Source: Octopus vulgaris (lineage: Eukaryota). From it: a stretch of 64,000 nucleotides of DNA. Made by a program: the position numbers and the translations under genes. Positions 1 through 12,795 of the stretch are shown here, piece by piece (position 1 is the stretch's first letter; the number at the start of each line of letters is the position of its first letter). The notes under the pieces were generated by a model that saw only the letters and a list, made by a program, of their open reading frames with translations, made no database searches and was not told the DNA's origin. The stretch lies in the NCBI GenBank assembly GCA_951406725.2, contig OX597823.1, positions 7,130,001 through 7,194,000 on the forward strand. The letters are read 5' to 3'.

Positions 1-99
1 CAAGGTACGAAGGTAACCTAAGGGCAGCAGCTACAAACTCTCTACACATTAGATCAGTGGCCAGCCACGGCAAACTGGACTTAGAGAGGTGTAGCAACA

Positions 100-205
100 A
101 GGGCGGTGCCCCAGCATGGCCATCAGCCGGATGGCTGGAAACAATGAACAAAATAAAAAAAGCAACAACAACAAAAACAAAATACAAATTACAAGAGTAA
201 AAGAG
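100..205 (+). mobile_element. Diverged 3' tail of tRNA/CORE-type SINE
   Basis: ggcggtgccccagcatggcc...agagtaaaagag matches the 3' end of the SINE copies elsewhere in the window. Confidence 0.6.
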
Positions 206-439
<234 letters not shown>

Positions 440-1295
440 CAGGGTGCCATAGGTAAATTGTCACCATTTTATATTTAATTGCATATTGTTTTCGATTTTG
501 TTAACTACAAAGCATAGTAGGGTCAGTTGGGCACTGTCTGTGAGAAAAACAACACTATGACGCAATCCACTCTGCTAGAAATTTGGAAACAACATGCTGT
601 ACAGCTTGGCATTTACACCAGAAGCTCAAATGCGAACATTTCAGAGTATTTGGGTGTCAATCTGTGGACAGTGCCATCCGAGGACATGTACTGAGAGTGA
701 TAGAAATCAAACATCCAGACAACATCATAGTGTTTGGAGTGATCACTAGTGATGGCGACAGTATGCCTCCATTCATCTTCCCACGCGGCCTCAGACTAAA
801 CGTAGTGGTCTACATAAAGTGCCTAGATAAGATAGTGCTGCCCTGGGTCAAGAGGGTGGCTGCTGGAGGACCCTATGTCTGGCAACAGGATGTGCCATGC
901 GACACAACAGGAGAACCCAGTCATGGCTGTCAGACAATTTACTGTGACCACATCACCCCTAACATCTGGCCACCTAATCCCCCAGACAGCAGCCCTTTTG
1001 ACTATTATGTGAAGGTTGCAGAGAGACCAATAAAACTCCTTGTTACACCAAAGATGAACTGAAGGCAAGGATCATGGTCTCCTTAAACAAGGAGACCATC
1101 GGAAGGAGTTTTAAGAGTTTCCGAAGTTATCTGAGGACCGTGGTTGAAGCCAGTAGCGATTTTATTGAATAAATTTACTCTTAAGTATTTCAAGATATTT
1201 TTATGTAATTGTGGTAAATATATCTATTAAAATGAGATGTCAGTATTATTTTCATTTTTGCATAATTTAGACAACAATTTATTCACTGTACCCTG
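440..1295 (+). mobile_element. Decayed, internally deleted Tc1/mariner (maT/DD37D-like) DNA transposon
   Basis: TA|CAGGGT...ACCCTG|TA ends with imperfect TIRs; ORF 583-1062 has VWQQD and WPPNPPD..PFDYY transposase catalytic-domain motifs. Confidence 0.85.
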
Positions 1296-1409
1296 TATAT
1301 ATATATAAGGTTTGTGTGAATATAAATATGTATTGCAGTGTAATATTTATAACAGGTTTAATTTCTATGCATTAATTTGCACTTTTTTCCTCGGATTTTA
1401 TAATTTTTT

Positions 1410-1441
<32 letters not shown>

Positions 1442-2341
1442 TACACACATATATATTTATACATATATATATATATACACAACTCTTCTATACCTTCATT
1501 TTCTAATTAGATCATTAATGAATAAATAATAATTGATAAATCACCAGATTTTAACTCAACACTTGAGGAATTAACTGCCATTATGCTAAAAAAGCAACCA
1601 AAGAATTTCAAAGAGATTTACTTTGTAAAATGCAAAAACTAAAAGTACTTGCTACATTCAGGAAGTTCTTTTTAAAATGAAGCTAAATTTTGTTTCTCAC
1701 ACTGAAGGATGTTAAGTGCCAGTTTTTGAACCCCAAACATCGACATTATTTGAACTGAAGTTTTATGTACTTTAGGATTTGACAACAGATGTGGAAATCT
1801 ATGATATAGGACTTTAAGAATTAATCAATGTGAGTGAAGCCTATGAATCTATGAACATCAAAAGTCTGTCCAAGTTCTCATAAACCTCAGGCACTTAAGG
1901 AAGCAAAAACCAACAACCATTCCTTGATATAATGGTGAAAAGAACAGCAGTGAAATTCAGAACATCATTGTATAAAAAAACTTATTACCACTGAACTCTA
2001 CTTTCACTATCAGTTTCACATTACAGTATTAGAAAAGAAGTTGTTAGCTTTCTACAATTTTAGGCAAACACAATCTGCACCAATGTATTGACTTCCATAT
2101 ATCCATCCATCTTCTCCACCCACCATTCATGGGAGGATCATGTGGGTGGAATCCTCTCAGTTACTTCCTCCATAGAGTCCTGTCAGAAGCATCCATCATC
2201 ACACTTTCTAACTGGATTCCCAAGCATGACCAACTGAGATTATGGATGTTATCCAACTGTCTCATTCATGGTCTCCTTCTAGGCCTCCTACTGGGTTACT
2301 CGACTCGAAGAATCCGTTTTGTGATTCTTTCCTATAGCAAC

Positions 2342-2427
<86 letters not shown>

Positions 2428-2497
2428 CTTCTTCTTCTTCTTCTTCTTCTTCTTCTTCTTCTTCTTCTTCTTCTTCTTCTTCTTCTTCTTCTTCTTC
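2342..2497. repeat. Compound (GTT)n(CTT)n microsatellite
   Basis: Direct inspection. Confidence 0.97.
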
Positions 2498-2615
2498 ATT
2501 TAACGCTCACCTTCCATGCTGGCATGGGTTGGTCAGTTCGACAGGAGCAGCTTAGGCAAGAGCCTGCACTAGACTTCAGTGTCTGTTTCGGCACAGTTTT
2601 ACAGCCGGATGCCTT
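2498..2615 (-). mobile_element. 3' part of bipartite RTE-tail element
   Basis: ttaacgctcaccttccatgctggcatgggttgg matches the family tail in reverse. Confidence 0.7.
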
Positions 2616-2987
2616 CTCATGCAGCTTAAAACCCAACTTATGCAATAGAAATTAGTTATTTCAAAAATGCACTACTAAAGGACAAACACCCATCATATAA
2701 TAATCATAACTACTCCCAAGCACATTCTACTTCACTGAAAGATATTTTTTAACAAAATTCAGAGAATCAGTGACACATTACATCAGAACTGTGTTAGTTG
2801 CAGTATTACATTTCATAAATTCCTCACCAAAGTCAAATCTTATTGAGGACAGATAAGAACTGCAATTATAAGAACCCATCAGTTTAATGGTACATTTCAT
2901 AAAGAAAAACTGGGAAGGTCCGAAATGTTGGTAAAGAGGAACATTGAAAAGTCTTTGTGAGAGGAAAGCAAGTAAGTCAGGAACAGT

Positions 2988-3190
2988 TACTTTTTACTCT
3001 TTTACTTGTTTCGGTCATTTGACTGTGGCCATGCTGGAGCACTGCCTTTAGTCGAGCAAATTGACCTCGGGACTTATTCTTTGTAAGCCTAGTACTTATT
3101 CTATCGGTCTTTTTTTGCCGAACTGCTAAGTTATGGGGACGTAAACACACCAGCATCGGTTGTCAAGCAATGTTGGGGGGACAAACACAG

Positions 3191-3223
<33 letters not shown>

Positions 3224-3360
3224 CGACGGGTTTCTTTCAGTTTCCGTCTACCGAATTCACTCACAAGGCTTTGGTTGGCCCAAGGTACCACACAGTGGGA
3301 CTGAACCCAGAACCATGTGGTTCGTAAGCAAGCTACTTACCACACAGCCACTCCTACGCC
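2988..3360 (-). mobile_element. tRNA-derived CORE-type SINE (family A, octopus OR-like)
   Basis: A/B-box-like head, internal (CA)/(TA) tract, (GAGTAAAA) tail; many near-identical copies in the window. Confidence 0.9.
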
Positions 3361-4564
3361 TAGTTGAATATATATGGTACTAAAAAGGAAATTATATACC
3401 ACTATTGAATATTTCCCTAATCAATAACAAACTATAGTGATGACTTACAGAAATCCAATACTTGTTAATAACCTTATGAATAAACCAGAGCTCAATATGT
3501 CTGCCTTTATGAAAAAGAAATTTAATTAGTGTAAAAATATAGCCTTCACTATTATATTTTATATTAAATAATTTAGAAACAAAGAAAAGATCCTAGTTTT
3601 AATCCAGTTCAGTATTATGTACCTATCCAGGAATAAGACAACTGATGATACTTGGAAATCAAACCTTGTGTTGATGTAAATATTTAAAAAAAAATGTTTC
3701 AACGTTTCAGTTGTAAAGACGTAGTTAATAGCCTGAAAAATAATCTTTTTAACAATAACTTATCTGAGACATTTAATGGAACCACTTATATTTTCCTTCT
3801 TTAATAATTGTTTCTTAAAAAACAAAATAATAATGTAGGCAACTTGTCTCTTTCCTGTTCAAGACTCTTGATATCTTTGACAGATTTTGTTTTTAGGTTG
3901 TTTTATATGGCTAAGCTGAAAATGAGGAGGTGTGACAAACAGTTAATGACCGAGGAAAGAGTACTTACATCATAAACTGAAAAGTATCAGTCTTGTCACC
4001 TTGTTGTACATCATTATAACTTATAGTACGTTACTAATTGTTATTTTAACCACTTTCTTCTTGACTATTTTCTGAAACTTCCTATTCTGAAGTAATTGAG
4101 TTTTGTATCAATTCTTTTTATATTATTCAAAATAAACATTTAATATACACACATACTTTTGAGAACGGACCCAAAATAGCTTTATTTACATAAAGGTACT
4201 TAAAGACAGAGTCTGAAAATTCTAATTTCTTTAGCGCCTAAAATTAGAATTTAGAGTTAATAACTAGTCTGTTAATAAACGTTGTTTTATAATAATCAAT
4301 CTCACGGCTAGATATGAAGATACCTTCAGGTGTTAGTTAATAATATTACATAATTATTTTAATATATGTTATAAACAAATATTTTGTTCTAATTATGGTT
4401 CAAAGCGATTTAAGTATTTTAGTTTTTAAGACTATTATTAAGAAAATTAGATGATAGAAGAATAACAAACTATATTGTGTTGTGTCTGGGGAGAGTCATT
4501 TTCTTTTTGTGCCTTATTATTTAACATACTCACTGGTAAAATTTCCACTTATTTCTTATTTTTA

Positions 4565-4609
4565 TTGTCCTAAAATTTTTGTTGCGTCTTGCAACCTTTT
4601 CAATAACTT
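4565..4609 (-). ncRNA. Degenerate hammerhead-like motif (UUGAAAA core)
   Basis: Minus strand TTGAAAA-G-GTTGC aagac GCAAC-AAAA-ATTT-TA; stem II clear, G12 lost, stem I poor. Confidence 0.35.
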
Positions 4610-4674
4610 TTGACTCTGTCCGTTATTTACACAGTGTGTTCCCCTTTTTTTGTTTGTGCGCATATGTGTCGGTC

Positions 4675-4810
4675 AGTGTGTGTGTGTGTGTGCCTATACA
4701 TGCATGCATGTACGTATGTATGTGTGTGTGTTTTTGCATGTGTATGTATGTATATATGTGTGTGTATGCATTTGTATATATGTATGTATGTGTGTGCATC
4801 TGTATGTACG
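4675..4810. repeat. (TG)/(TATG) microsatellite
   Basis: Direct inspection. Confidence 0.9.
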
Positions 4811-5143
4811 TATCCTGTATATTGTCATATCCTGAAAACACTTCCATCAGTGATTCATCCATGTCTGATTCAAGCTGCTGAATGCATGAATAAAACCTTT
4901 CTTCTCTGTATCCCACAACATATAGTCTTACTAGTAACAAAGTTAGAGGTGGAGCCACAGAGGAACTGGTTTCCTGATGCAAACATTTCAAAAGTGGCAC
5001 TTTTCAACGATTTTTTTTTTTAACTCTTTAATTCATTTGTGTGATAAACGTCAAATTTCGTTATTTTAAATGGTTTTTATGAAATATCTTGAAGGAATTT
5101 TCTGAACTCATTGCTTTACTTGACCAGCCTCCAAGTATTTTAA

Positions 5144-5363
5144 CCCTTTAGCATTCAGATTACTCTGTCAAATCTAATGCTTATTTATTCACATTGTTTT
5201 GAATCAACCATGCATTGTCTCATAGCTTCAAGATTTCAATAATGTGATTGCTTATTTTTAGAATAACATTGTGGGATAGGTATGAAAGGTTGGATCTGGC
5301 CAATTTGGGCATAAAATAAGTAGAATATTTGGGCCAGGTATGGCCGGTTTGAATGCTAAAGTG
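5144..5363. mobile_element. piggyBac-type MITE (220 bp)
   Basis: TTAA on both sides; TIR CCCTTTAGCATTCA / TGAATGCTAAAGTG. Confidence 0.85.
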
Positions 5364-5883
5364 TTAAATTATCTGCCCCATTTCCTGCAATGGTATACGG
5401 GTCATTGACATCTGGAGAATCAAATATGATGTCATAATCTTCTCTTTGATTCTGGATGACCCCACAGAGATGCCTCTCTCTCATGTCACAACCCATAATC
5501 TCAGTTTTGTATGTAATGGCATTGTTACTGAAACACAAAATTAGTGAAAATAGAAAACAAATATATGTTCACCAAGCAGAAAATGTATTTTTCTCTCATT
5601 TCACTTTCCTCAAACTACTCATTTGTCCACTCTTTCAGCACCAGTTTAGCCCAAGGTATGATCATCACCTGATACACTTGTCAGGATTACTGGCCAATCA
5701 GCCAAAACACTTTCATTATTCCACTGTAGTTTGTAACTAACCCCATTGGATTTCACTTATTCTACTCTTTTATTATATAAAGATATCAGAAATGGTTTTC
5801 TTTGGAGAGCAGGTCTGCTGTCAGACCTCATGCCATTGATGTTGGTCAGTCACAGAAATGCTTTGCTGCCTGTCTGTGTGTCA

Positions 5884-6345
5884 CTCTCTCTCTCTCTTTC
5901 TCTCTTTCTCCCTTTCCCTCTCTCTCTTTCTCTCTCTTCTCTCTCTTTCTCTCCTTCTCTCTCTTTCTCTCCTTCTCTCTCTTTCTCTCCTTCTCTCTCT
6001 TTCTCTCCTTCTCTCTCTTTCTCTCTCTCCCTTCCCTCTCTCTCTTTCTCACTCCCTCTCTCTTTCTCTCTTTCTCACTCCCTCTCTCTTTCTCTCTCTT
6101 TCTCTCTCTCCCTCTCTCTTTCTCTCTCTCCCTCTCTCTCTTTCTCTCTCTCTCCCTCTCTCTTTCTCTCCCTCTCTCTCTTTCTCTCTCCCTCTCTCTT
6201 TCTCTCTCCCTAGCTCTCCCTCTTCCGCTCTCTCCCATATTCCTTTCTCTCACTCACTCACTCATTCTCACTCTTTCTCTCTCTCTCTCATTCTCTTTCA
6301 CCTCCCCCTTTCACATATTGTTTTTCTTTCTCTTTCTCATTCCCT
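5884..6345. repeat. (CT)-rich microsatellite with an 18-bp periodic section
   Basis: Direct inspection; accounts for the SL/RE ORFs. Confidence 0.95.
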
Positions 6346-6900
6346 CCTCATATGCTTTGACCACAAGCTGAGATAAGAAGCTTCAACAGATTCTGTATTC
6401 ATGCAAACTCATCAGAAATTCTGCCTTGGCAATCAAAAGATAAACAAACAAACACTACACTTGCTGAATGAGACATTGTTCACAGAAAGAGAATATGCTG
6501 GCCTTCCAACAACAGTGAACCTGAACATACCATGGTTTGATATAATACAAATTTTGTTGCTATTTCTAGCTTACTCATTGTATTTACAAATTTATAAACT
6601 TTCAATTCATTCTAAAGACTCTTGATATACTGTATAACTCAATGTGAGTTCAAATGCTTTTATTGTTTATATTCTGTAAGATATTCTATTACTCTTTTAC
6701 TCTTTTACTTGTTTCAGTCATTTGACTGCGGCCATGCTGGAGCACCACCTTTAGTCGAGCAAATCGACCCTGGGACTTATTCTTTGTAAGCCCAGTACTT
6801 ATTCTATCGATCTCTTTTGCCGAACCGCTAAGTGACGGGGACGTAAACACACCAGCATCGGTTGTCAAGCAATGCTAGGGGGACAAACACAGACACACAA

Positions 6901-6937
<37 letters not shown>

Positions 6938-6940
6938 CAT

Positions 6941-7360
6941 TTCAACAATTGAGGGTAAAATTAATTAATTATTAATCAATTTCACCAAGTGTTCAGTATG
7001 CAAAGGGACCATTTAAGGCGAATTCAAATTATTACATTATATAAAAGGGCTTAGTAAAATAAATTACTTTGCCGCATACTGAACTCATTAGAAATAGCAG
7101 CTAAAAAACTTTTTTAAAACTATTTCTAATACTTAAAGAAAACCTCTCTCATATAGTGTTTGCTCAACTCAACTCACGAAAGTTTGGGGGTAAAGACATC
7201 AAAAAATCAAATGCAAAGGTTATTTGAGAACGTACGTTTCAAGATTAGTCAACACGACACTTCTATCATCAGCTCAGAAACTCCTTGGTTTGGATTTGAA
7301 AACACTGAAAGTGAGAGCATACCCTTTCGGCTTCTCATCGCTTTCGAAGATCTGCTCGTA
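6941..7360 (-). mobile_element. Hammerhead-bearing non-autonomous insert (PLE terminal-repeat-like) in the SINE (TA)n tract
   Basis: Not present in other SINE copies; contains a hammerhead motif. Confidence 0.7.
7225..7276 (-). ncRNA. Type I hammerhead ribozyme, intact core
   Basis: TGAG-CTGATGA-T AGA..GTC gtgtt GAC..TCT T-GAAA-CGTACG-TT-CTCA; palindromic stem III, GUU site. Confidence 0.8.
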
Positions 7361-8316
7361 ACATATATACGACAGGCTTCTTTCAGTTTCCATCTACCAA
7401 ATCCACTCACAAGGCATTGGTTGGCCCGGGGCTATAGCAGAAGAAGACACTTGCCCAAGATGCCACGCAGTGGGACTGAACCCGCAACCATGTGGTTGGT
7501 TAGCAAGCTACTTACCACACAGCTACTCCTGCGCCTATATTCTGTAAGATATTCTATTGCTTGCATTTAATTGTATTCCGTTTTTAATATACCGAACATC
7601 TATTGCTCCTATTGTTTATCCTCAGTATTAAATCATTGTTAACAGAATGTCATTGCCCAACTATCACTTTCTCAAAATCACATGGACAGACTCCTACATG
7701 TGCACAATACATTTCCTTCTGTTGTCTTCACACATTGATAGACAACTGTACACAAGATTGTATTGCTTCTCTTGCTCTCTTTCTTGCTTACCGATATTTA
7801 TTAAATGTATTATAGCTAATGAGATATTTTGCATAATGTAAGAGAAATGAAGCCGAGCATGCATTTGGGCAGTTCATTTATTGATAAGTGAAAGTCACTG
7901 TTGAACCAAAGATGATTGGCCATAATTACCATAATATACTTTAGTCACATATTGATACGGTCATAGATATTTGTTTGTTTTTGAGAAGGTGTGTCCTGAT
8001 GAAAAAATAAGAAGAAACTGCTTGGGTGAGACAGAAAGAAGACAAAAGAAGTTGCAAATCATGAAAAAGAATTATGAAAATGTTAGACTGAGTCGGTACT
8101 TTTCATTCTGCAATCACACGATGTCAGATATAAAACCTTCTGAACATTTGGTCCCTACTTTTAGTACAGGAGTTGGAGACAGTGCCCAGGCTGTTCTGAT
8201 TGTTCTTGAAATGAAACTATCAAAAGACTTGGTAGTTCCTATTTTCAGTCCAAGAGCTGGTAACAGCACCCCTGGCTGCTGTAGCTGTACAGGTGGTATG
8301 AGTAGAACTCCTAGAA

Positions 8317-8548
8317 AGGTGGCGAGCTGGCAAAATCATTAGCATGCCGGCCGAAATGCTTAGCGGTATTTCGTCTGCCGTTACGTTCTGAGTTCAAATT
8401 CTGCCGAGGTCGACTTTGCTTTTCATCCTTTTGGGGTCAGTAAATTAAGTACCAGTTACACACTGGGGTCGATGTAATCGACTTAATCCCTTTGTCTATC
8501 CTTGTTTGTCCCCTCTACGTTTAGCCTCTTGTGGGCAATAAAGAATTA
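8317..8548 (+). mobile_element. Meta-domain SINE (family B)
   Basis: B-box gttcaaattc, tttcatccttttggggtc..taagtaccag core; 16-bp TSD agtagaactcctagaa. Confidence 0.88.
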
Positions 8549-8783
8549 AGTAGAACTCCTAGAAGACATGACACAGTGGAACTATGTATGATCATTAATG
8601 ATCATATGGAATATCTGGTACCTGTTTTGTGAAATACCTGTACCACCATAGCACCTGAATTCATACACTCTCTGCTTGAGGTCCTTGACAGCCTGGTCTT
8701 GAAGATAATTTTAATAATTTTCGAAAAGATGAAGCAGGACATCATTTGAACCCAGTTGAAGGAAAATAACAAATTTTTAGCGC

Positions 8784-9257
8784 TAAGCAGTGTTTATGTA
8801 TGAGCAGAATTAGGTAAGTTGAAATATGTTTGTCTTATTTTTCAACTGCTAAAAGGCAAACACACTGCAGTTACCATGGAGGGGAAAAAAAATCTCTCTT
8901 ATAGTAAAAAGGTATAAAAACACCTGGTCCATCCAGTGTCACCATCTATTAGGAATCTCGATGTTTCAAGCTTCTTAGTTATTTTCAGTGAGATATACCT
9001 AAGAGAGGCAACTCTAAGTGGACTTATAAAGCTACATCTTATAGGTACATCTCATTGAAAATAGCCAAGGAGCTTGAAACATCAATGTCTAAGGTTCCCA
9101 GTAGGTGGTGACACTGGGTGTTTTTGCACCTTTTTACTATAAGGGAGATTTTATTTTCCCTCCATGGTAACTGCAATGTATTTGCCTTTTAGCAGTTGAA
9201 ATATATGACAAACATTTTTCAACTTATCTAATTTTGCTCATACATAAACACTGCTTA
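8784..9257. repeat. ~470-bp imperfect fold-back palindrome with a hammerhead motif in each arm
   Basis: Arms are reverse complements about ~9020. Confidence 0.9.
9051..9093 (+). ncRNA. Type I hammerhead variant (UUGAAAA core)
   Basis: CTCA-TTGAAAA-T AGC caagga GCT T-GAAA-CATCAATG-TC-TAAG; mirror arm reads CTGAAAA...GAAACATCGA. Confidence 0.6.
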
Positions 9258-9324
9258 CTGTTAATATTAAGATTGAGAAAAAATTTTGTGTGCCATTCAG
9301 TTCAGTATTTTAACATGGTGCATG

Positions 9325-9671
9325 ACTCGACTCGACTGGCTTCTGTGCCGGTAGCACATAAAAAGCACCATCTGAATGTGGCCGATGCCAGCGCCGCCTC
9401 GACTGGCTCCAGTGCTGGTGGCATGTTAAAAGCTCCAACCGATCGTGACCGATGCCGGACCCCCCCTGGCACCTGTGCAGGTGGCACGTAAAAAGCACCC
9501 ACTACACTCACAGAGTGGTTGGCATTAGGAAGGGCATCCAGCTGTAGAAACTCTACCAGAACAGACTGGAGCCTGGTGCAGCCCCTGGCTTCCCAGACCC
9601 CGGTCGAACCATCCAACCCATGCTAGTGCGGAAAACGGATGTTAAACGATGATGATGATGATGATGATGAT
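9325..9671 (+). mobile_element. Bipartite RTE-tail non-autonomous element (family C)
   Basis: GGCACGTAAAAAGCACC repeats, ggaagggcatccagctgtag motif, ccaacccatgctag..gttaaacg(ATG)n tail. Confidence 0.85.
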
Positions 9672-10199
9672 GGTGCACAAACTATTTTCTCAACCTAGTA
9701 AATCGTTATTTCAGAAAACACTATGTTTTAATTCCCTTGTTCAGTTTGCTTGCCTTCCATTTTACATTTAAAATTAAAATAAAACAGGTTTTATTCTGCT
9801 TTGAAATTTATGAGCTTACTGTAAAACTTTTTTTATTGTTTTCATTTTAAATACAAAATAATTTTATACTTTCTGTAAAACATGTCATAAAAATGATTAT
9901 GGCACCTTTTATTATGCATTTGCTCCCCTTGACTTAAAGATTTGGTTATACCACCAACCTTTATATAGCCAGGAATTAAAAGATGCACAGTAGTTAAACA
10001 GATTAGAGAGATTAGCTAACATTTTGCTGGTAGTACTAACCTCTTGAAAACAGATCTTTAGAAATGCAAAAGATGTTACTGTCATGGTTAGATGAATTCT
10101 TTTATTTCAATTTTAGTTGCTCTTTTAGTTATTAATTGACACTTTATTAATTATTTTTTTGTTGGTAATTTATCAATGTTACCATTATGCAACCAAAAT

Positions 10200-11250
10200 T
10201 TATCTCTTTTTCACACAGACAATCCTTCCGATTAAGAATGGCGCTTAGAAGTTTTGAAGTCTTGGATTTCAGTCATGTGAGGGTTATGACGTTTGGCAAA
10301 TAATGCGACTTTTTGTGCCAGTAGTATTGTTGTGAGAGAAGAACAAGAACAAAAATGCATTATCATGTTGCAGTCATCAAGGATGATGATTTCTGAGAGA
10401 GATGAAGTGAAATTTATGCCTTCAAAACAAAATGTGAGATAGTCAAACAACTACTGCTGGTGTTAGGATGAATTTTGGGATCCTTATTAAGGATGATTTT
10501 AATCCAAAGTAACCAGAAGTCTTTGCTGCATGACAAGGTAAGAGAAGTGAATGGTGGTTGTTGATTTGACGCATACATTGACACCACATTTCAGAAGAAT
10601 GTGAATTATAAAGTGTGACCTGGAGAAGAGATTCATTTCTCAAGTGAAATAAGATTTTTGGTTTCCTTCTTAGTAGAAAGTGGTCAGTGGGGTAAATTTT
10701 ATTTTGGAGTTAGTGTTTTGATGAGGGTAGGAAAGAGTTGCCATTAACCCAACTGGAAGCCTGTGACATTGATTGGGCAAAGAGAACCAGTAAAAAACTG
10801 GAGGAGAAGCAGATGCAGAGTTATGTGTCAAGTGATTGTACAGCCACCAAAAGTAGTATCCAAGGGTTGGACAACTGTACGAGCTGGAAACAACCTCTTT
10901 TTTTAAGGGATACATTTTCTATTGGTACCTTTTGATAATCAAAGGCAACAGATGGAATATTTTGCTACAACAAGTTCAGAGAATACATCATCAAGAAACC
11001 ATGGAACATGATTGGAGATAGATGATCTGAATACTTGTGGCATAATAAACACCCAAGAGCTAGATAGTGATGTTCAACCCTGAAATATGTTAGGCCTCTT
11101 CCACAAAAATAAAGGATATTATAGAACCAACGCTAGATCAATTGCTTTAGGGTATTCAGGGTTTCTTTGTCATTCATATTTCATATGAACATACTCTTTG
11201 AAGTGCTACTTTGCTATAGCTAAAAATGCTTCATTGTTCCTAAAATTGTT
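10200..11250 (-). mobile_element. Decayed CR1/Jockey-like LINE endonuclease region
   Basis: FDYL...SEIIILDDCN resembles the APE GDFN motif; many stops. Confidence 0.5.
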
Positions 11251-11759
11251 TTCTTGATCCGTCCAACCCAAGCTAGCATGGAAAACGGACGTTAAACGAT
11301 GATGATGATGGTAGATTACTGATTTTTGTAGGCAGACACAACTTTATTTAAGAGAAGAAGTAAAAATGTATGATGAATATGTAACTATGCTAGTTTATTC
11401 ATGTATAGTAAATTGTGAATACATGGTAGATGATGATATACTTTGAGATGAAGATTAAATGTATCATTCATCATAGAAGAGAAGAAGTAGTGAAGTAATA
11501 TCTGAAAATATCCCCTTCTTGACTAGAGATCATGGGGTGTATTTCAGACCTGTCCAGCTTATGTCAGTTCCACATAGATTGCTTGAAATTTTAGAAATGG
11601 GATAAAAATGATTTTATAAATTCTATTTGATCATGGTTATCAAATATATTAGTAAATGAAGGAGGCAATGTACATTGGGGAAACTATATTGGGAAATTTC
11701 TATGTCAAAACTTCTATATGTTACATACTTAACATTTATTAAAAGATGCAGGTATATAG

Positions 11760-11993
11760 ATTTCTTTACTACCCACAAGGGGCTAAACATAGAGGGGACA
11801 AACAAGGACAGACAAAGGGATTAAGTCGATTACATCGACCCCACAGTGCGAAAGCGGTACTTAATTTATCGACCCCGAAAGGATGAAAGGCAAAGTCGAC
11901 CTCGGTGGAATTTGAACTCAGAACGTAACGACAGACGAAATACAGCTACGGTTTTCACCCGGCGCGCTAACGTTTCTGCCACCTTGCCACCTT
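11760..11993 (-). mobile_element. Meta-domain SINE (family B)
   Basis: Reverse match to 8317 copy; atgcaggt(a/c)tata flanking duplication. Confidence 0.88.
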
Positions 11994-12324
11994 AAATGCA
12001 GGTCTATATACAAGCATTTATGATTACATGCCACATGCCCACAAATACGTTTTTTAACGAATGTTACTTTCAATACTAAATTGCAAATTTTCACATTACA
12101 CAATAAATGTTCCTACTTATGTTTATTGGATCCATTCCAATCTACCCCTATATATTTTTTTAAATAGTAGTAGGTAATGTTGATAGGTATCGAGTCATAC
12201 TTGATAGTATCACTTCTATAATTTATGTTGTTGTTTTCTCCAGAATTCTAAAAATGAATTTTTCTTATCTTGTCTTTCAATATACCATTGATCAGATATT
12301 TTTCAGATAAAAGTCTCTTGTGAG

Positions 12325-12795
12325 TGCACACACGTGCACACACACACACATGCACACACACACACAGACACACACAGACACACAACACATACACACACAG
12401 ACACACACACAAACACACACACACACACATGCACAAACACACACACATGCACACACCGCATACATACATACACCACACATACTCATGCACCATGCACACA
12501 CACACAAACACACACACATATGCACAAACACATACACACATGCACACACCGCATACATACATACATACATACATACACCACACATACTCACACACACACA
12601 CACAAACACACACACATGCACAAACACATACACACACGCACACACTGCATACATACATACACCACACATACACACACGCACACACAACACACACACACAC
12701 ATGCACAAACACATACACACACGCACACACCGCATACATACATACATACACCACACATACTCATACACCATGCACACACACACACACACACACAC
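12325..12795. repeat. Complex (CA)-rich microsatellite with higher-order units
   Basis: Recurring ccgcatacatacatacaccacacatactca blocks. Confidence 0.92.

Larger units (their letters stand above)
6691..7535 (-). mobile_element. Family A SINE with 23-bp TSD, interrupted by a ~420-bp insert
   Basis: tatattctgtaagatattctatt at 6668-6690 and 7536-7558; SINE halves flank 6941-7360. Confidence 0.92.

Noticed and set aside
7990-8035. GTC-CTGATGA...GAAA...GAC
   Set aside because: No stem II pairing and no UH triplet in register
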